This document shows, piece after piece, positions 1-14,079 of a stretch of DNA of 64,000 nt. A program made the position numbers and the translations under genes. Source of the stretch: Octopus bimaculoides (Eukaryota); the NCBI RefSeq assembly GCF_001194135.2, contig NC_068981.1:177973942-178037941 (forward strand), written 5' to 3'. The stretch's first letter is position 1. The number at the start of each line of letters is the position of its first letter. The notes under the pieces are model-generated. The model did no database searches and was not told where the DNA came from. It saw nothing but the letters and a program-made list of their open reading frames with translations.

Positions 1-333
1 AGTGCTCATACAACACGAACACATGTAATAAGGACAGGATACACTCACAACTCCCAAAGAGTATCAGTGCAGTTATTCCAAACAAGGATTGAAACCTAGA
101 TATATATTCAATTAGCCAAGAATTTAACCATTTTATGTTTGCCATAAAAACATTAATTCTTCTGTAGGCACAAATCCTGATATATTTTAAGATTGTTAGT
201 AGGAAATTATGACAACAATAATAATGGTTCTTAACTGTACCAGAAGGCCAAAACTGAGAGGAATGGGTGTGGTTGACTTTATCACCCACCATGTATTACA
301 CTAAACCTGGAAAGATAAAAGGCAGCTGACCAT

Positions 334-489
334 AAGAAGAAAGACAATAATTATAATAATCATGATAAGTTATAACTTTGACTCAAGACCACAGATTTTA
401 AAGGAGTGAATATATATTCAGTTAAATCAACAGTTGCTTATTTTGTTAATGTCAGATGAAAGATGAAATTGAAGTAAATCAAAACCTTA
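334..489 (+). repeat. Exact 156-bp direct repeat, copy 1 (copy 2 at 2850-3005)
   Basis: Base-for-base identical by manual comparison. Confidence 0.95.
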
Positions 490-699
490 CACAGAGAGAT
501 GTAAGACATTTTATTTACCCCACCCCCTATGTTTGTCATCTACAATAACAACAACAATAATTTCTAACACAGGCATTGACTCCAATACTTGATTGGTACT
601 TTATTTTTATGAATTCCCAGAAGGATGGATGGCTAAGTTGGCCTTAACAAGATTTGAACTCAGAATGTAAAAAATCAGAACAAATAGCCAAATCCATTC

Positions 700-2200
700 C
701 TGACATGAAATCAGCAGTTTGGAAGGACAGTTTTGTCATCTCAGACAAGTTCATCTCCTGGCACATTCATACCTGAAAAGCTAACCTTGTGCAGGCAAAG
801 TCTCTCTGTGGTACTGCCAAACCAAGGAATTTTGGAAGTTGTCCATAATCCCCAGCCTGAAAGTCCTCCACTACTCACTATATAATGTAAAGATATCTTT
901 TCACCAACTATGTTGTCCCATTGTAGCTAAGTGTAGCGAGCACTGGCAATATTTCAGATGCCAAACAATTAATCAAAGTAACAAATTGTGAAAAGTAGTG
1001 TTGCACAAACTGTGACTACACCTATTCACCATTGTTGTCAAAGTAGTCTAGGAAATGTATCAGCCCTAGCAGAAGGTTGTCATCAGTAATATCATCCCAA
1101 GACCTCACCATCACATGCATTGAGTGTTGGCAGGAGATAGATTTCTTGACTAGAAAAACATGTCCTTTCTGCATAAAGTGAAAGAGTATGCTTTCCAATC
1201 TGGTCAGGTGTTACCTAAGATAAGGCACATTGGTCAAGCTCTAGTAACCACTGAAGTGACGTTGGTGTTTCCCATTTCTGCATTTCAAAGACAATATCTT
1301 CTCAGCTCATTTCTAAATGAAAGTGGCCACTCTACTCGTGATCTTTTCTCAGTTTCATTTCTCTGCTTGGAAGTCTGGTCTGAATCACAGACCGTGGGCA
1401 TCTTAATTAAACCCTTGGTCCAGTAACAGAAATTACAGCTGGCTGACATGAGCTTGCTTCTCTAAGTAGAGAGTTACAACCCTACTAACTTCTCCTGTCT
1501 TAATGCGTACTCCAGGCACACTTCTTGTATGATGTTAAACATCTTGCTTCAGTAGCATCACCACTCCTTGGATCACAAACTCGAAGTACTCAAGTCTGCT
1601 GCTAGCTACAGTAGACAGTTGCTAGCTACAGTAGACAGCTGCCAAGACAATAGTAAACAAGTCTAACACAGGAATAATAATTTTCTAGAGCAGACCATCC
1701 AGTACAAGTGAATTATTCCTTGCACAACAGCTGAAATTGACTTTTTGCTGCAATCTGTCACTGGTCAAGACTCATGGCAGACCATCATGGTAAGCAACAA
1801 AGATATACATCTTGCATCTGTTGTTCATCACAAACAGATTAGCAAAGTACTGCTAGAAAGCCATACACATCTGCTTTGAACCCATAGTGTGCACCCAATG
1901 TGGTCTGTCAGAAATCAAAATGTGGTTTTGCAGCCACACTATGCTTCTGTTACCCAAACTCATCAAAAGATTTTCTTGTCATCATGTTTCAACATACATC
2001 CTACCATGAATAATGTTTCATTCATATCTTTTCAAATTGACTAACTAGCTCCTCTTCTACTCTGCATTTCTCTGTTACTACTACTTTTTAAGGTTAATAG
2101 ATGTGGCTTTAATTTGTCTCTTTAGCAAGACCCACCACCAGTCGCTGATTATATCTCCTACCAATATTCATTTAGTTAGTTCTCTAACTCGTCCATACAA
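700..2200 (-). mobile_element. Highly degenerate LINE-like sequence, possibly an AP-endonuclease region
   Basis: GC content above the local background, no intact ORF, an IIQEV motif near 1530. Weak support. Confidence 0.3.
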
Positions 2201-2229
2201 TTTTTCCATGCCAAGAATTCAACTTCTAC

Positions 2230-2730
2230 TGGTCTTGCTTTAATATCATAAATGTGTGATCTGTAGTCAACTACTTTGACACTATGGGCAACTTACACAA
2301 AGCCCCATGAGTAATCCTGACAAAACTTCTTACTCTGGATAATCTGCTGAAGTTTGATTAGGTCCACATTGTCCTGTTGAGGAAACCAAAGCAATACTGA
2401 TGGAACTTTTGAGCAGGTTTGCATGATTTCTGAAACTTCTTGCTATTTTTTCCCTACATAATCCTTGCATGTACCTAAAATGCCACTCCAATCACCCACT
2501 AACACTAATGAATGAGATGTTGCTAGGAATGTCTCAAGAAATTTAGTGATCTAGATTTTGTTAGACATAAAATGTCTTTAGACTGAATGCACAACTGTTG
2601 CCTTCATTGCTGCCTATATCTAGGGCCACAGACTTAGCATTTGGTTCCAGGAAGATTGTGCTTACCTTACAATCATGCCACTCAATCTGAGCTGACTGAA
2701 GGAGGTATAAACTATATGGAAGTATGGCGA
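2230..2730 (-). mobile_element. Old RTE-like RT C-terminal remnant
   Basis: LKKFHQYC-like motif at ~2420 and a YLGS...LD.DI..RI.KA-like segment at ~2600-2670. Shares CTTCATTGCTGCCTATAT with 42465-42482. Confidence 0.5.
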
Positions 2731-2849
2731 GAAAGTATCTTTTGGGAATCTTGGCCATAGACAGGTGAGCAGGTGCCCCAGCTTCTATGCTTCCCACTGG
2801 CCATATGCATTTACAAAACCTATTCCTACTATAGTCATGTTTGGAGGAA

Positions 2850-3005
2850 AAGAAGAAAGACAATAATTATAATAATCATGATAAGTTATAACTTTGACTC
2901 AAGACCACAGATTTTAAAGGAGTGAATATATATTCAGTTAAATCAACAGTTGCTTATTTTGTTAATGTCAGATGAAAGATGAAATTGAAGTAAATCAAAA
3001 CCTTA
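2850..3005 (+). repeat. Exact 156-bp direct repeat, copy 2
   Basis: Identical to 334-489. Confidence 0.95.
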
Positions 3006-3469
3006 AGGTATTTAGTTTAGCACTTTGTTGTTTTTGAGTTCGTTTGTTCTAATATTAGCAATAATTTCCTTCCTTTGGCACATGTCTGATTTAATGGGAA
3101 TAAAGAAGGTTTGATTTAAGTTACATCAAATTACTATGGGCAACTTATTTATAGATTTCAGAAGGATGATTCTAATGGGATTTACATATAGAGTGGTGAT
3201 TCGAAATATTTGATAAATAACAAATAAGTTTTGTAGGAGAAAGGATAAAGTTATATATTGATCACTTATAAGAGTTTCCAACTGAGTAGAAATTCTCTGC
3301 TGAGGACTTCTAATAGCATATCCAGTTGACTTAAAGACGAGACCCACTTCAGAATTGTATTTTCTAGAGTGTCCAAAAATTTTGATGACCTGATCTTATT
3401 AGAGTTATTTCCCTTGCTTTTTTTTTTATATTTCATATTTTAAATATATGTAGAGAGGCTCTTGTCTAC

Positions 3470-4650
3470 CAATTGCGTAGATCTCATTTGTTTTAAGGAC
3501 GTTCTTGAAAAAAACTTATATTATCATCCATGTGAGACTCTATTCTATTTGTCTGGGTTTAGCAATCAGAACACTCCAAAGTAGTTTTTCAACCAAATTT
3601 TAAAATTGATGCTCTATATTACAGGTATTTTTTTTTCTTACAGATTATTGAAGAATACAAAGTTGGCACCAGAAGGATTTGATCTCAGCACTACAAGATG
3701 CCATGAATTTATCAGAGAATTAAATACATCTAAATAGTGGCAGTAAAGGTGGTTATGATGTTGATGTTCTTGTCGGATAGGAAGAGAAATCATTCGTTGA
3801 GAAAAAAAATCTTTATCGCTCTTCATATCGGTTGGTGGAGGCATGTATATGGATGCTAAAACATGTTTCATCACAATTAGATTAACATATATGCACATAA
3901 TAACGCGCACTAGTATGTGTGAGACGGCGCGCACGCACACACATACACACGCGCACGCACACACATACACACACGCACGCGCGCATACGTTTCTGTTTCT
4001 CTCTGAAAAATAAAAGTTATCTAGCTGACGAGAAACAAAAATCAATATTGCCATAACTGACAAAACAAGTCGAGCTGGCCTTCATTTAGAAAAATGNNNN
4101 NNNNNNNNNNNNNNNNNNNNNNNNNNNNNNNNNNNNNNNNNNNNNNNNNNNNNNNNNNNNNNNNNNNNNNNNNNNNNNNNNNNNNNNNNNNNNNNNNNNN
4201 NNNNNNNNNNNNNNNNNNNNNNNNNNNNNNNNNGTAAAATGATGTAAGGGAGGTAACTTTTTGTTACCGGTCGAAGATTATTTTAAAAGCTATCACGTAA
4301 TTCCAAGTGAACTGTGATCGTGCAGATAGATCTATCAGCAAATCCATAATAGTTGTGACCACATCACCTTTTTCTTTCCTTCTTCTTTCATTCCCTGGCT
4401 AAATGTACCTCGGACTATTACTTCTACTATGTACGTTCTTTATCTTTAAAAATAGTGGGTTGTGATATGAGTGGATTTGGCTGCTCACTAATAAAATGGC
4501 GTCGTTGGAAAAGAAATGTTTATGATACGGATTTCTTTCATAGAACAATGACTTCAATAGGTTAGAGACCAGCTAGAGGGTAACTACCCGGTATTTATGG
4601 AGGAAAGAACGGAAATTAATCTACTTGTTTAATACCTATTTATTTACCGT
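3470..4650. promoter_or_regulatory. CpG-enriched promoter-like region with YY1-type motif AAAATGGCG (4493-4501)
   Basis: Many CpGs in non-repeat DNA against a CpG-poor background; AAAATGGCG is a common animal TSS/start-codon motif. Confidence 0.5.
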
Positions 4651-7508
4651 CAGAGAAACCATGTTGTGTTGACCTAGCCTGAAAAATCCAGGTCACTAAG
4701 TTTTGTAGTTTCCTTGTATCTTAAGATTAAACAAACATCCTTCTATATAGCTTTTTTTTTTAGAAGAATGATACTCTAACCATGCAACCATGCAGTGCTT
4801 GTACTAACAATTGACTATCAATATTTCTTGACAGCAATGATCTAAATGCTTGACAGAAGTTAAGTCCAAGACCATTGGTTCAGAGTTCAAGTGTTGCCGG
4901 AGGCGGGGGAGGGGGTACTTTTCAAGAGTAAAAAAAAAAAAAACTATGATATTGTTTTACTTGTTTCAGTCATTTAACACTAACTTAATGAATCTTACAT
5001 AAATCCAAGTGCTTTCCCTATAAAATTTTGATCGGGTGGGTGGTGGTGGTTGGTGGAAACAGAAGAATAACAAAAATAAACGGTTTGCAGAATTCAGTTT
5101 CATTCATTTTGGCTGCAAGTTCAAATCTCATCAGGGCTGACTTTTATTCCATTTTAACTAGCAGCTAACTATACAATAAGATAACGGGGTTTTTATCCCG
5201 CAATTAAAAATACTCTTTTCCCCCTTGCTAAAAAACAAATCGATAATCTTGCCAAGCAGCAATGCTTGGAAATATTAAGATTCACATAAACTAATTAGCA
5301 GGACATCCACTTGATGCAGGTTATTTTGCCAATGTCAAAGGGAGGAAAGAAAAGAGGACAGGGGTTGTAAAATCAGTAGCTTTCTTTGACACTTAGTTTG
5401 ATATGAATTTGTTTTGTTTCAGTTTTTTGTTTTGTTTTAGCATTTCATTAATAATTTGAAATAACTTCAGAATTTTATTTTGCATATTTTTTTAAACACA
5501 ACATTTTATTATTGTCTCATCTTTAAGAGGATTATGATGGTGTTGAACAAATAAAGGCTTGTTACCCATTCCCAGTTGCCAATTAGTACTAAACTGTTCT
5601 CATCAATAATAACCAGTCAACAAAAACAAAATTAAATAGAGAGAGAGAGGGGGAGGGAGAGAGAGAGGGAGATTGCTAATTGAAATGATGCTATTTTAAT
5701 TCATAATTCAATATTTTATTATTGAGCTATCATCTAGCTGAATACATGAATCAGCATCACAATCATCTCTCACATAATCATCGTTATCACTACTACCACC
5801 GTTAATAAAATCACCACCAACCTTCCTCACTGCAGACACCAATGCAAAGACTACCATCACCACCACTATAACCATTACCACTGTTAATTTCAAACGCTGC
5901 TGCTGCCACCGCCACTACCACTGCCATCACTGCTGTTGTCCCCACCAACTAATACATCACTAACAACACTACTACTACCATCCTGATAATCATAACAGAT
6001 TTGACAAATTCTCCTATACATCAGATATAGAAGGCTTACATAACAACAGAAGAATCATGAGAACTGGTAAGAAAGAAGAAATAGTTTGAGTTGATTTCAG
6101 TTAGATTGAAAATAAAAGATAAGGTGTTCACTGGTGAGCCATGATATGAAGTAGAGACAGAAGTTTCAAAGTTGTTCATTGGAAAAGACATATTTCCTTT
6201 GATGAAAGACTCCCCAATATGTTAGTCTCTATACTTTACATCATAGCATACCAACATATACCTTTTCTAATTCTAGTGCAGAACACCATTACACTTTGGA
6301 AGAGATGATTTTGGAACAAGTACCAATTTGTTAGAAAGCATAATTAACAAGTAACTCACTGGTTTGAAAGATTGTTGATTATAAACAGATTATTAAACTG
6401 GATGAAAATAAAATGACATTACCAGGTGCAAGTAATGCTTGATATAAATATCTTTTACAAAATCCAGTTTATGAGAAAAGATCACTCTGCAGTTAGTTTA
6501 TGGAGCTGCATAACAAATTTCGGTCTTAAAACACCAGTTCAGTAAGAGAACAGTTGTATAATGAGTGCTTATTGTTTGTCTATTAACATTTCACTACAGG
6601 AGATGTCAGATAATTAAGCTCTCAGATGGCTTACAGTAATATTAAATCAACTTGACTTGTAAGCTTGGGAGCAACATCCTAATCACTGAACCAGACTAGT
6701 TCTTCAATAAATGAAATAAAGCTAAATGAAAGACAATTTTAACTATAAATAGATGGATATACTAGTTATAGCTAGAAAATGCTTAGATTTTGAAAGGTTT
6801 CCTACTTGTTTCCTTTTTTCTCTCTTAATCTTAGAGGGAGGAAAATAATGGACTTATAGCAATGTCCTCTGGTAGTAGTACATTAAGTTGGGTTCGTGAA
6901 GTTATTATATTTACTTATATGTCTATAGGTTACATGAAAAAGTTACATATACCAACATAGAATAAGGGTACGGATTCAGGCAAACAGTGCCTGAATAGGA
7001 TGAAATAAAAAGTGATGAAAAGAGGTTAATTAATGATGCACATAATCATGTTAGCATGTGTGGAATGAAATCAAAGAGTTCTGAAAAATATGTATCCAAT
7101 ATGAGAAGAGACAAAAAGAAACAGTCAGAATGGTAAATTTAAAGGCAGATATAGATTTACCAATTAGGTAGAGTGGTACTTGTAAATTTTTTATTAATAT
7201 GGTAATATTTCAAGATAATAGAGATGTGAAAGACATCTTTATCTAACTCCCACCCCAGAACATTGACATGGGTGATCTTCTTGCACCCCACCTACACCCC
7301 CAACACAGACCAGTCTGTTTACATCTCTTTTATGAGCCTCAACAATGGTTGTTTGGCTAGTCTCTTAAAAATTGTAGCCAAATCTCCTTCAAAGAAAAAA
7401 AAAAGGACATAGATAAAAAAAGGAAAAAAGAAAGAACATAGACACTGTGGTTTTGGGTTCCTTGCATATAGTGGAAAAAATGGCATGGTCACACATGGAA
7501 TATCTTTG

Positions 7509-7790
7509 ATCATCATCATCATCATCATCATCATCGTTTAACATCCACTTTCCATGCTAGCATGGGTTGGACGATTTGACTGAGGACTGGTGAAACCAGA
7601 TGGCTGCATCAGGCTCCAATCTGATCTGGCAGAGTTTCTACAGCTGGATGCCCTTCCTTACGCCAACCACTCCGAGAGTAGAGTGGGTGCTTTTACGTGC
7701 CACCGGCATGAAGGCCAGTCAGGCGCTACTGGCAACGGCCACGCTCAAAATGGTGTATTTTACGTGCCACCTGCACAGGAGCCAGTCCTG
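7509..7790 (-). mobile_element. Short (GAT)n-tailed retroposon matching the 3'UTR of the RTE family; young copy
   Basis: Near-identical to 9590-9810 and 53933-54126; homologous to 52600-52926 in reverse. Confidence 0.85.
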
Positions 7791-8199
7791 CTTAATCATG
7801 GTTAAGTTGGGGTTAAAAAACAACAGCATCTCTAAGAAATATCCCAACATTGGACACTAAGCAAATATCCACAATTTTCTCACAAGGTAGCACTTCCATA
7901 AGGTTGCTCAGTAGAATGATGTATGTAAAGAATTCTGAAGAAAGTCAATAGTAAAAAGACTTAAGATTCAGATGGGATTTCAGCAAAAAGTAGTTCAGAA
8001 GTTTAACTACACACGCAATTCCTTCAACTATTATTTTTTCCCATTTCGAATAAATTAAAACTAATCTCTTCCAATGACTGCTTCTCTGAAGTTGTCAAAC
8101 AATTTATCTTCTCTTGAATCACAAATGAATAAAAAGTAAAACTGTTTTGCAACTAACATAGTTATAGGTAGGAATATTTTATTTGCTATCAACTAATTG

Positions 8200-9340
<1,141 letters not shown>

Positions 9341-9589
9341 CAAATATATATATCAGATATATATTAGACTCACAGTCTAATGAAGCCGACCACTGATAAA
9401 ACTTTGGAAGTTAACATCAACCCTGTCTTTGTAAAAATACAAATATACGTGTGTTTGTAAATGAAAATATAAGTGTTTGTACAAGGGATGGTAATTTTCA
9501 AAAAAATGTTCCAAAAGTGTTTCATAAATACCACAGTGCTTCATAAATACTTTTGCTTACAAAGAGTTAGCATTTTCTAAGATAAAATA

Positions 9590-9810
9590 CATCATCATCA
9601 TCGTTTAACGTCCGCTTTCCATGCTTGCATGGGTTGGACGATTTGACTGAGGACTGGTGAACCAGATGGCTATACCATGCTCCAATCTGATTTGGCAGAG
9701 TTTCTACAGCTGGATGCCCTTCCTAACGCCAACCACTCCGAGAGTAGAGTGGGTGCTTTTACGTGCCAGTCAGGCGGTACTGGCAACGGCCACGCTCAAA
9801 ATGGTGTATT
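9590..9810 (-). mobile_element. Short (GAT)n-tailed RTE 3'UTR-type retroposon
   Basis: High identity to 7509-7790, with a 15-bp internal deletion. Confidence 0.85.
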
Positions 9811-11439
9811 TAGTGCATGTAAAATAACATCAGTTAGGAGGAAAATTAAATGACAGCACTTGACTGAAAGTGCAAACAAACCATGTGGTGCTTCTAAAAA
9901 ACTTTTCAAATATTTCTCTCCCAAAATTTTCAGGAGCAGAATCCAATCAATCACCCTCATTCCTCAAAAGTTATTAACTATATGCATTTGTTTATTCCAA
10001 TTCAAAGTAGACAAAAAAGGTGCAGGCATGACTGTATTGTAAGAAGTTTGCATCCTAACCACATGGTTCTGTGTTCAGTCCCACTGTGCGGTACCTTGGA
10101 CAAGTGCCTTCTACTATAGCCCTGGATCAATCAAAGATTAGTGAGTGGCTTTAATAGATGGAAATTGAAAGGAGCTTCTCTGTCTGTCTCTTTCTCTCTC
10201 TTGGTTTATTTATATCCCTGTAACACATCAGCTCAACATTAGAAACGGATAGAATAAGTACTAGGCTTATAAATAATATAAGTACTTGAGCTGATTCATT
10301 GGGTGTTGTCCAATGACTGAAACAAGTAAAAGGAAAAAGGGAAAAATGAGGACAAAAGAATGACATATGTATAAACACACATGTATGTATGTACGTACGT
10401 ATACACGTGTGTTGTGATAAGGTGGCTCTTTATTTAATGTCTTTCTGGGATAGTGGAGGATATTTTACCCAGTTTTCCTTTTACCAAATGATTTGTTACT
10501 TCTAATATACGTCTTCCTGATACAAATTCTTTAGAGTTAGACAACAAAGAAGAGATCAGATTTCAAAAAGAAGTTTCCCACTTCTTTAAGCTCAATCTCA
10601 CAATAGGACTTTCATAAATTAAATTACATTTTCTCCTCACCTGCTTTTATTTATTGTGTTTATAAAAGTCATTTTTTTTCTGCTCTATTAATTCAGGAGG
10701 TACTAAAACTAGTAACAACAGTTATATTTCATATAATTGTCGCCAAACTACTTCTTATTTCCTTCTCTCACATTTTCCTTTTTTTTTTTTTTTTTTTTNN
10801 NNNNNNNNTTTTTTTTTTTTTTTCTTTTGCTTGAGACTGCAATCATGAACGGGAAAATGTTATGTGGTCGTTTGCACTGAAAATACATACACTACAGTGA
10901 AAATAAATATTCTAAATCCAACATTAAGTATTTCTCAATGAGGATTTATTTTTAATAACCAACTCTTAACTCATGCACATAAATCAGCTTGCAGTCACTA
11001 GAATTTAAAATCTGACAACCTAGAAATTTGTGTTTGTTGATTTAAACCGATTTAAGCACTTTTATTATAATTTTAACAAATTCCTTGCTGATTAAAGACT
11101 AATATTGGCCTATTTTCACTTGAGTTAATGAATATTTGAATCAACCTTATGACTTCGTAATATGATCACAATCTCAACTATAGCTTTTGTATATAGTTCG
11201 CAATTCTTTCATTAGTGAGTTAACAAGTTGTTGTTTGACCCATATCAGCCCTGGTAGAGCAAACTATTGATGTGATTTGAGAGAATGTGACTTTTATATC
11301 TGGCAGGTTGAGTGGCCAAATAGATACTCCCTCAGTGATTGAGTGAGTGAGTGAGCACTAAGTTAGCTAGTTGGTTAGCGGCAGCAAACATATAACATTG
11401 TATTTCCTGTATGCAGAAAATACTGTGGAACACATCTTA

Positions 11440-11620
11440 ATAACACAAGCAGTGAAATAAAGGCAAATAACCATCCAGATATCGTTATCAGAGATTATAG
11501 AGGACAACTTGTGATACAACTGAAATCTCATACATTTTATTTAGGCATAAAACACCTTACAACTCTTGACAAAGTGGTGCTGGTTTGACAAGTACAGCTT
11601 CAACAAAAACTTTACAGGAA
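11440..11620 (+). mobile_element. Very degraded R4/Dong endonuclease remnant
   Basis: EIKANNHPDIVIRDY resembles the EIKANRPDIVIKD motif of restriction-like endonucleases. Confidence 0.45.
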
Positions 11621-11992
11621 GTAGAAGGCAGCATACACGAATTAATAAATTTAAATTACATAAAGTTACACTGTAAGACAGGATAAGTATATACTGAAGT
11701 CATTACTCCATGTTTTGTGATGTCATCGGTAATTTTCATCAGGGTCTATTTTCTGAACAAAAATAATTAATTAAAAAAAAGACCCAAATACAATCAAACC
11801 TTTCCAAATTTCTCATGCAGAATTTCAAAATTGTACTCTTTATTTGCTCAAACAATTTTTGTTAGCCATCACTGCTACTAAAAAATTTCCATTTGCTACT
11901 GATATATTCGTGTTTTTGAACACCTCTTGGGAGGAATACCACAATTAATTAGGCTGTCAATTTAAGTAGGATACACAGATTATTGTGCAGGC

Positions 11993-12277
11993 GCAATGGC
12001 CGTGGTTAGGGCAGTGGACTTGCGGTCATAGGATTGTGGTTTCAATTCCCAGACCAGGCGTTGTGAGTGTTTATTGAGCGAAAACACCTAGAGCTCCACG
12101 AGGCTCCGGCAGGGGATGGTGGCGAACCCTGCTGTACTCTTCCACCACAACTTTCTCTCACTCTTACTTCCTGTTTTTGTTGTGCCTGTAATTCAAAGGG
12201 TCAGCCTTGTCACACTGTGTCACACTGAATATCCCCGAGAACTACATTAAGGGTACACGTGTCTGTGGAGTGCTCAG
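11993..12277 (+). mobile_element. tRNA-derived SINE (young, CpG-rich; tRNA-Arg-like head), truncated by a gap
   Basis: A-box-like TGGCCGTGGTTAGG and B-box-like GGTTTCAATTCCC; 3' body shared with 13658-13985. Confidence 0.8.
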
Positions 12278-13657
12278 NNNNNNNNNNNNNNNNNNNNNNN
12301 NNNNNNNNNNNNNNNNNNNNNNNNNNNNNNNNNNNNNNNNNNNNNNNNNNNNNNNNNNNNNNNNNNNNNNNNNNNNNNNNNNNNNNNNNNNNNNNNNNNN
12401 NNNNNNNNNNNNNNNNNNNNNNNNNNNNNNNNNNNNNNNNNNNNNNNNNNNNNNNNNNNNNNNNNNNNNNNNNNNNNNNNNNNNNNNNNNNNNNNNNNNN
12501 NNNNNNNNNNNNNNNNNNNNNNNNNNNNNNNNNNNNNNNNNNNNNNNNNNNNNNNNNNNNNNNNNNNNNNNNNNNNNNNNNNNNNNNNNNNNNNNNNNNN
12601 NNNNNNNNNNNNNNNNNNNNNNNNNNNNNNNNNNNNNNNNNNNNNNNNNNNNNNNNNNNNNNNNNNNNNNNNNNNNNNNNNNNNNNNNNNNNNNNNNNNN
12701 NNNNNNNNNNNACAGACACCGTAAAGAAAAGAAGAAAAAAAACCCCAATAGAAAGAAATACTATTAAAATAAATATATACTTATATATATAAACACATGG
12801 ATACATACACCTTACCATACACACACCAACCCACATACATATTTGTTCATTTGTTCATTGAGTGCACATGACTTGAAAGCCCACCTGCATTCTCTTGTGC
12901 CAGCTGGTATACCAGCATTAAGAGCGATCAGTTGAAATACCCAGGCACTTGCTTAAGAACTTTGCAAATACATAAATAAATAAATAAATAATAAATCTAC
13001 ACAATATATATTTATTCAGTTTCATATCTGTTTTTCTATGTTAACATGGTTAGACAATTGTATTATTGAGGTAATGTTTTATACCTGGGTATTCTCTCTG
13101 CTGCTAACCCTTACCTGTTTTCCAAATAAGGGATCTTTTATAACACACATCTTTGAAGGCAGAAAACCAGCAGACAATTTTTATTAGGAAAAGAGTCAAG
13201 AACATTACAGATTGTAGCTTGGTGATTTTTAGAGAAGTGCAAATTTAAGCAAACATATATACACACAGATACATGTATGCACGCACACACATCTATCCAT
13301 CTACACACACACACACATTCACCAGTCTTCTTTCAGTTCCCCTCTACCAAATGCTCATTCACATGCTTTGGTCACACTATAGCTGTAGTAGAAGACATTT
13401 GTCCAAGGTGCTACAGAATGGGGCGAAACCTGAAACTACATAGTTGGAAAGTGAACTTCTTTAGCTGTTAAGAGCAGGCTGTAGTACCATTAATGTAAAT
13501 CTCATTCACACTGTCCTTTACATATAACTGATACATACATCAAGATGTCTTGAGTTTTGAAAAGTAACCCAGCCATAGTACATAGTAGCTGATTTTTTTT
13601 TTTTTTTATTGGAGGGGGTGTTTGTAATTTCTATTACATGATGTCAATAATATCCGT

Positions 13658-13985
13658 GGAGGTGGGTGGCTTAGAGGTTAGGGTATTCAACTCATGATCA
13701 TACAGTCGTGAGTTCAATTTCTGATGGCACGTTGTGTTCTTGAGCAAGACACTTTATTTCATGTTGCTCCAGTCCGCTCAGTTAGCAGACAATGAGTTAT
13801 ACCTGTAATTCAAAAGGCCAGCCTTGTCACATTCTGTGTCATGCTGAATCTCACTGACAACTACATTAAAGGTACACATGTCTGTGGAGTGCTCAGCCAC
13901 TTACATGTTAATTTCATGAGCAGGCTGTTTAGTTGATTGAATCAACTGGAACACTTGCTGTCATAACTGATGGAGTGCCAGTCAT
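13658..13985 (+). mobile_element. tRNA-derived SINE with CORE/V-like block
   Basis: TGGCTTAGAGGTTAGG...GAGTTCAATT head, then TTGAGCAAGACACTTTATTTCATGTTGCTCCAGT. Confidence 0.8.
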
Positions 13986-14079
13986 TAAGAATATTTATTT
14001 CTTAATAAATAATAATTGTCATGAGGTTATGGGCGTTATATCATCTTTTTACATTTGCTTTTCCATGTTTGCATCAGCT

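Noticed and set aside
1601-1638. 20-bp tandem duplication (similar ones near 9520-9551)
   Set aside because: Ordinary slippage duplication in neutral DNA.
11993-12060. tRNA gene candidates (also 13658, 25740, 62870)
   Set aside because: A/B boxes are present, but there is no closed cloverleaf and they run into SINE bodies.
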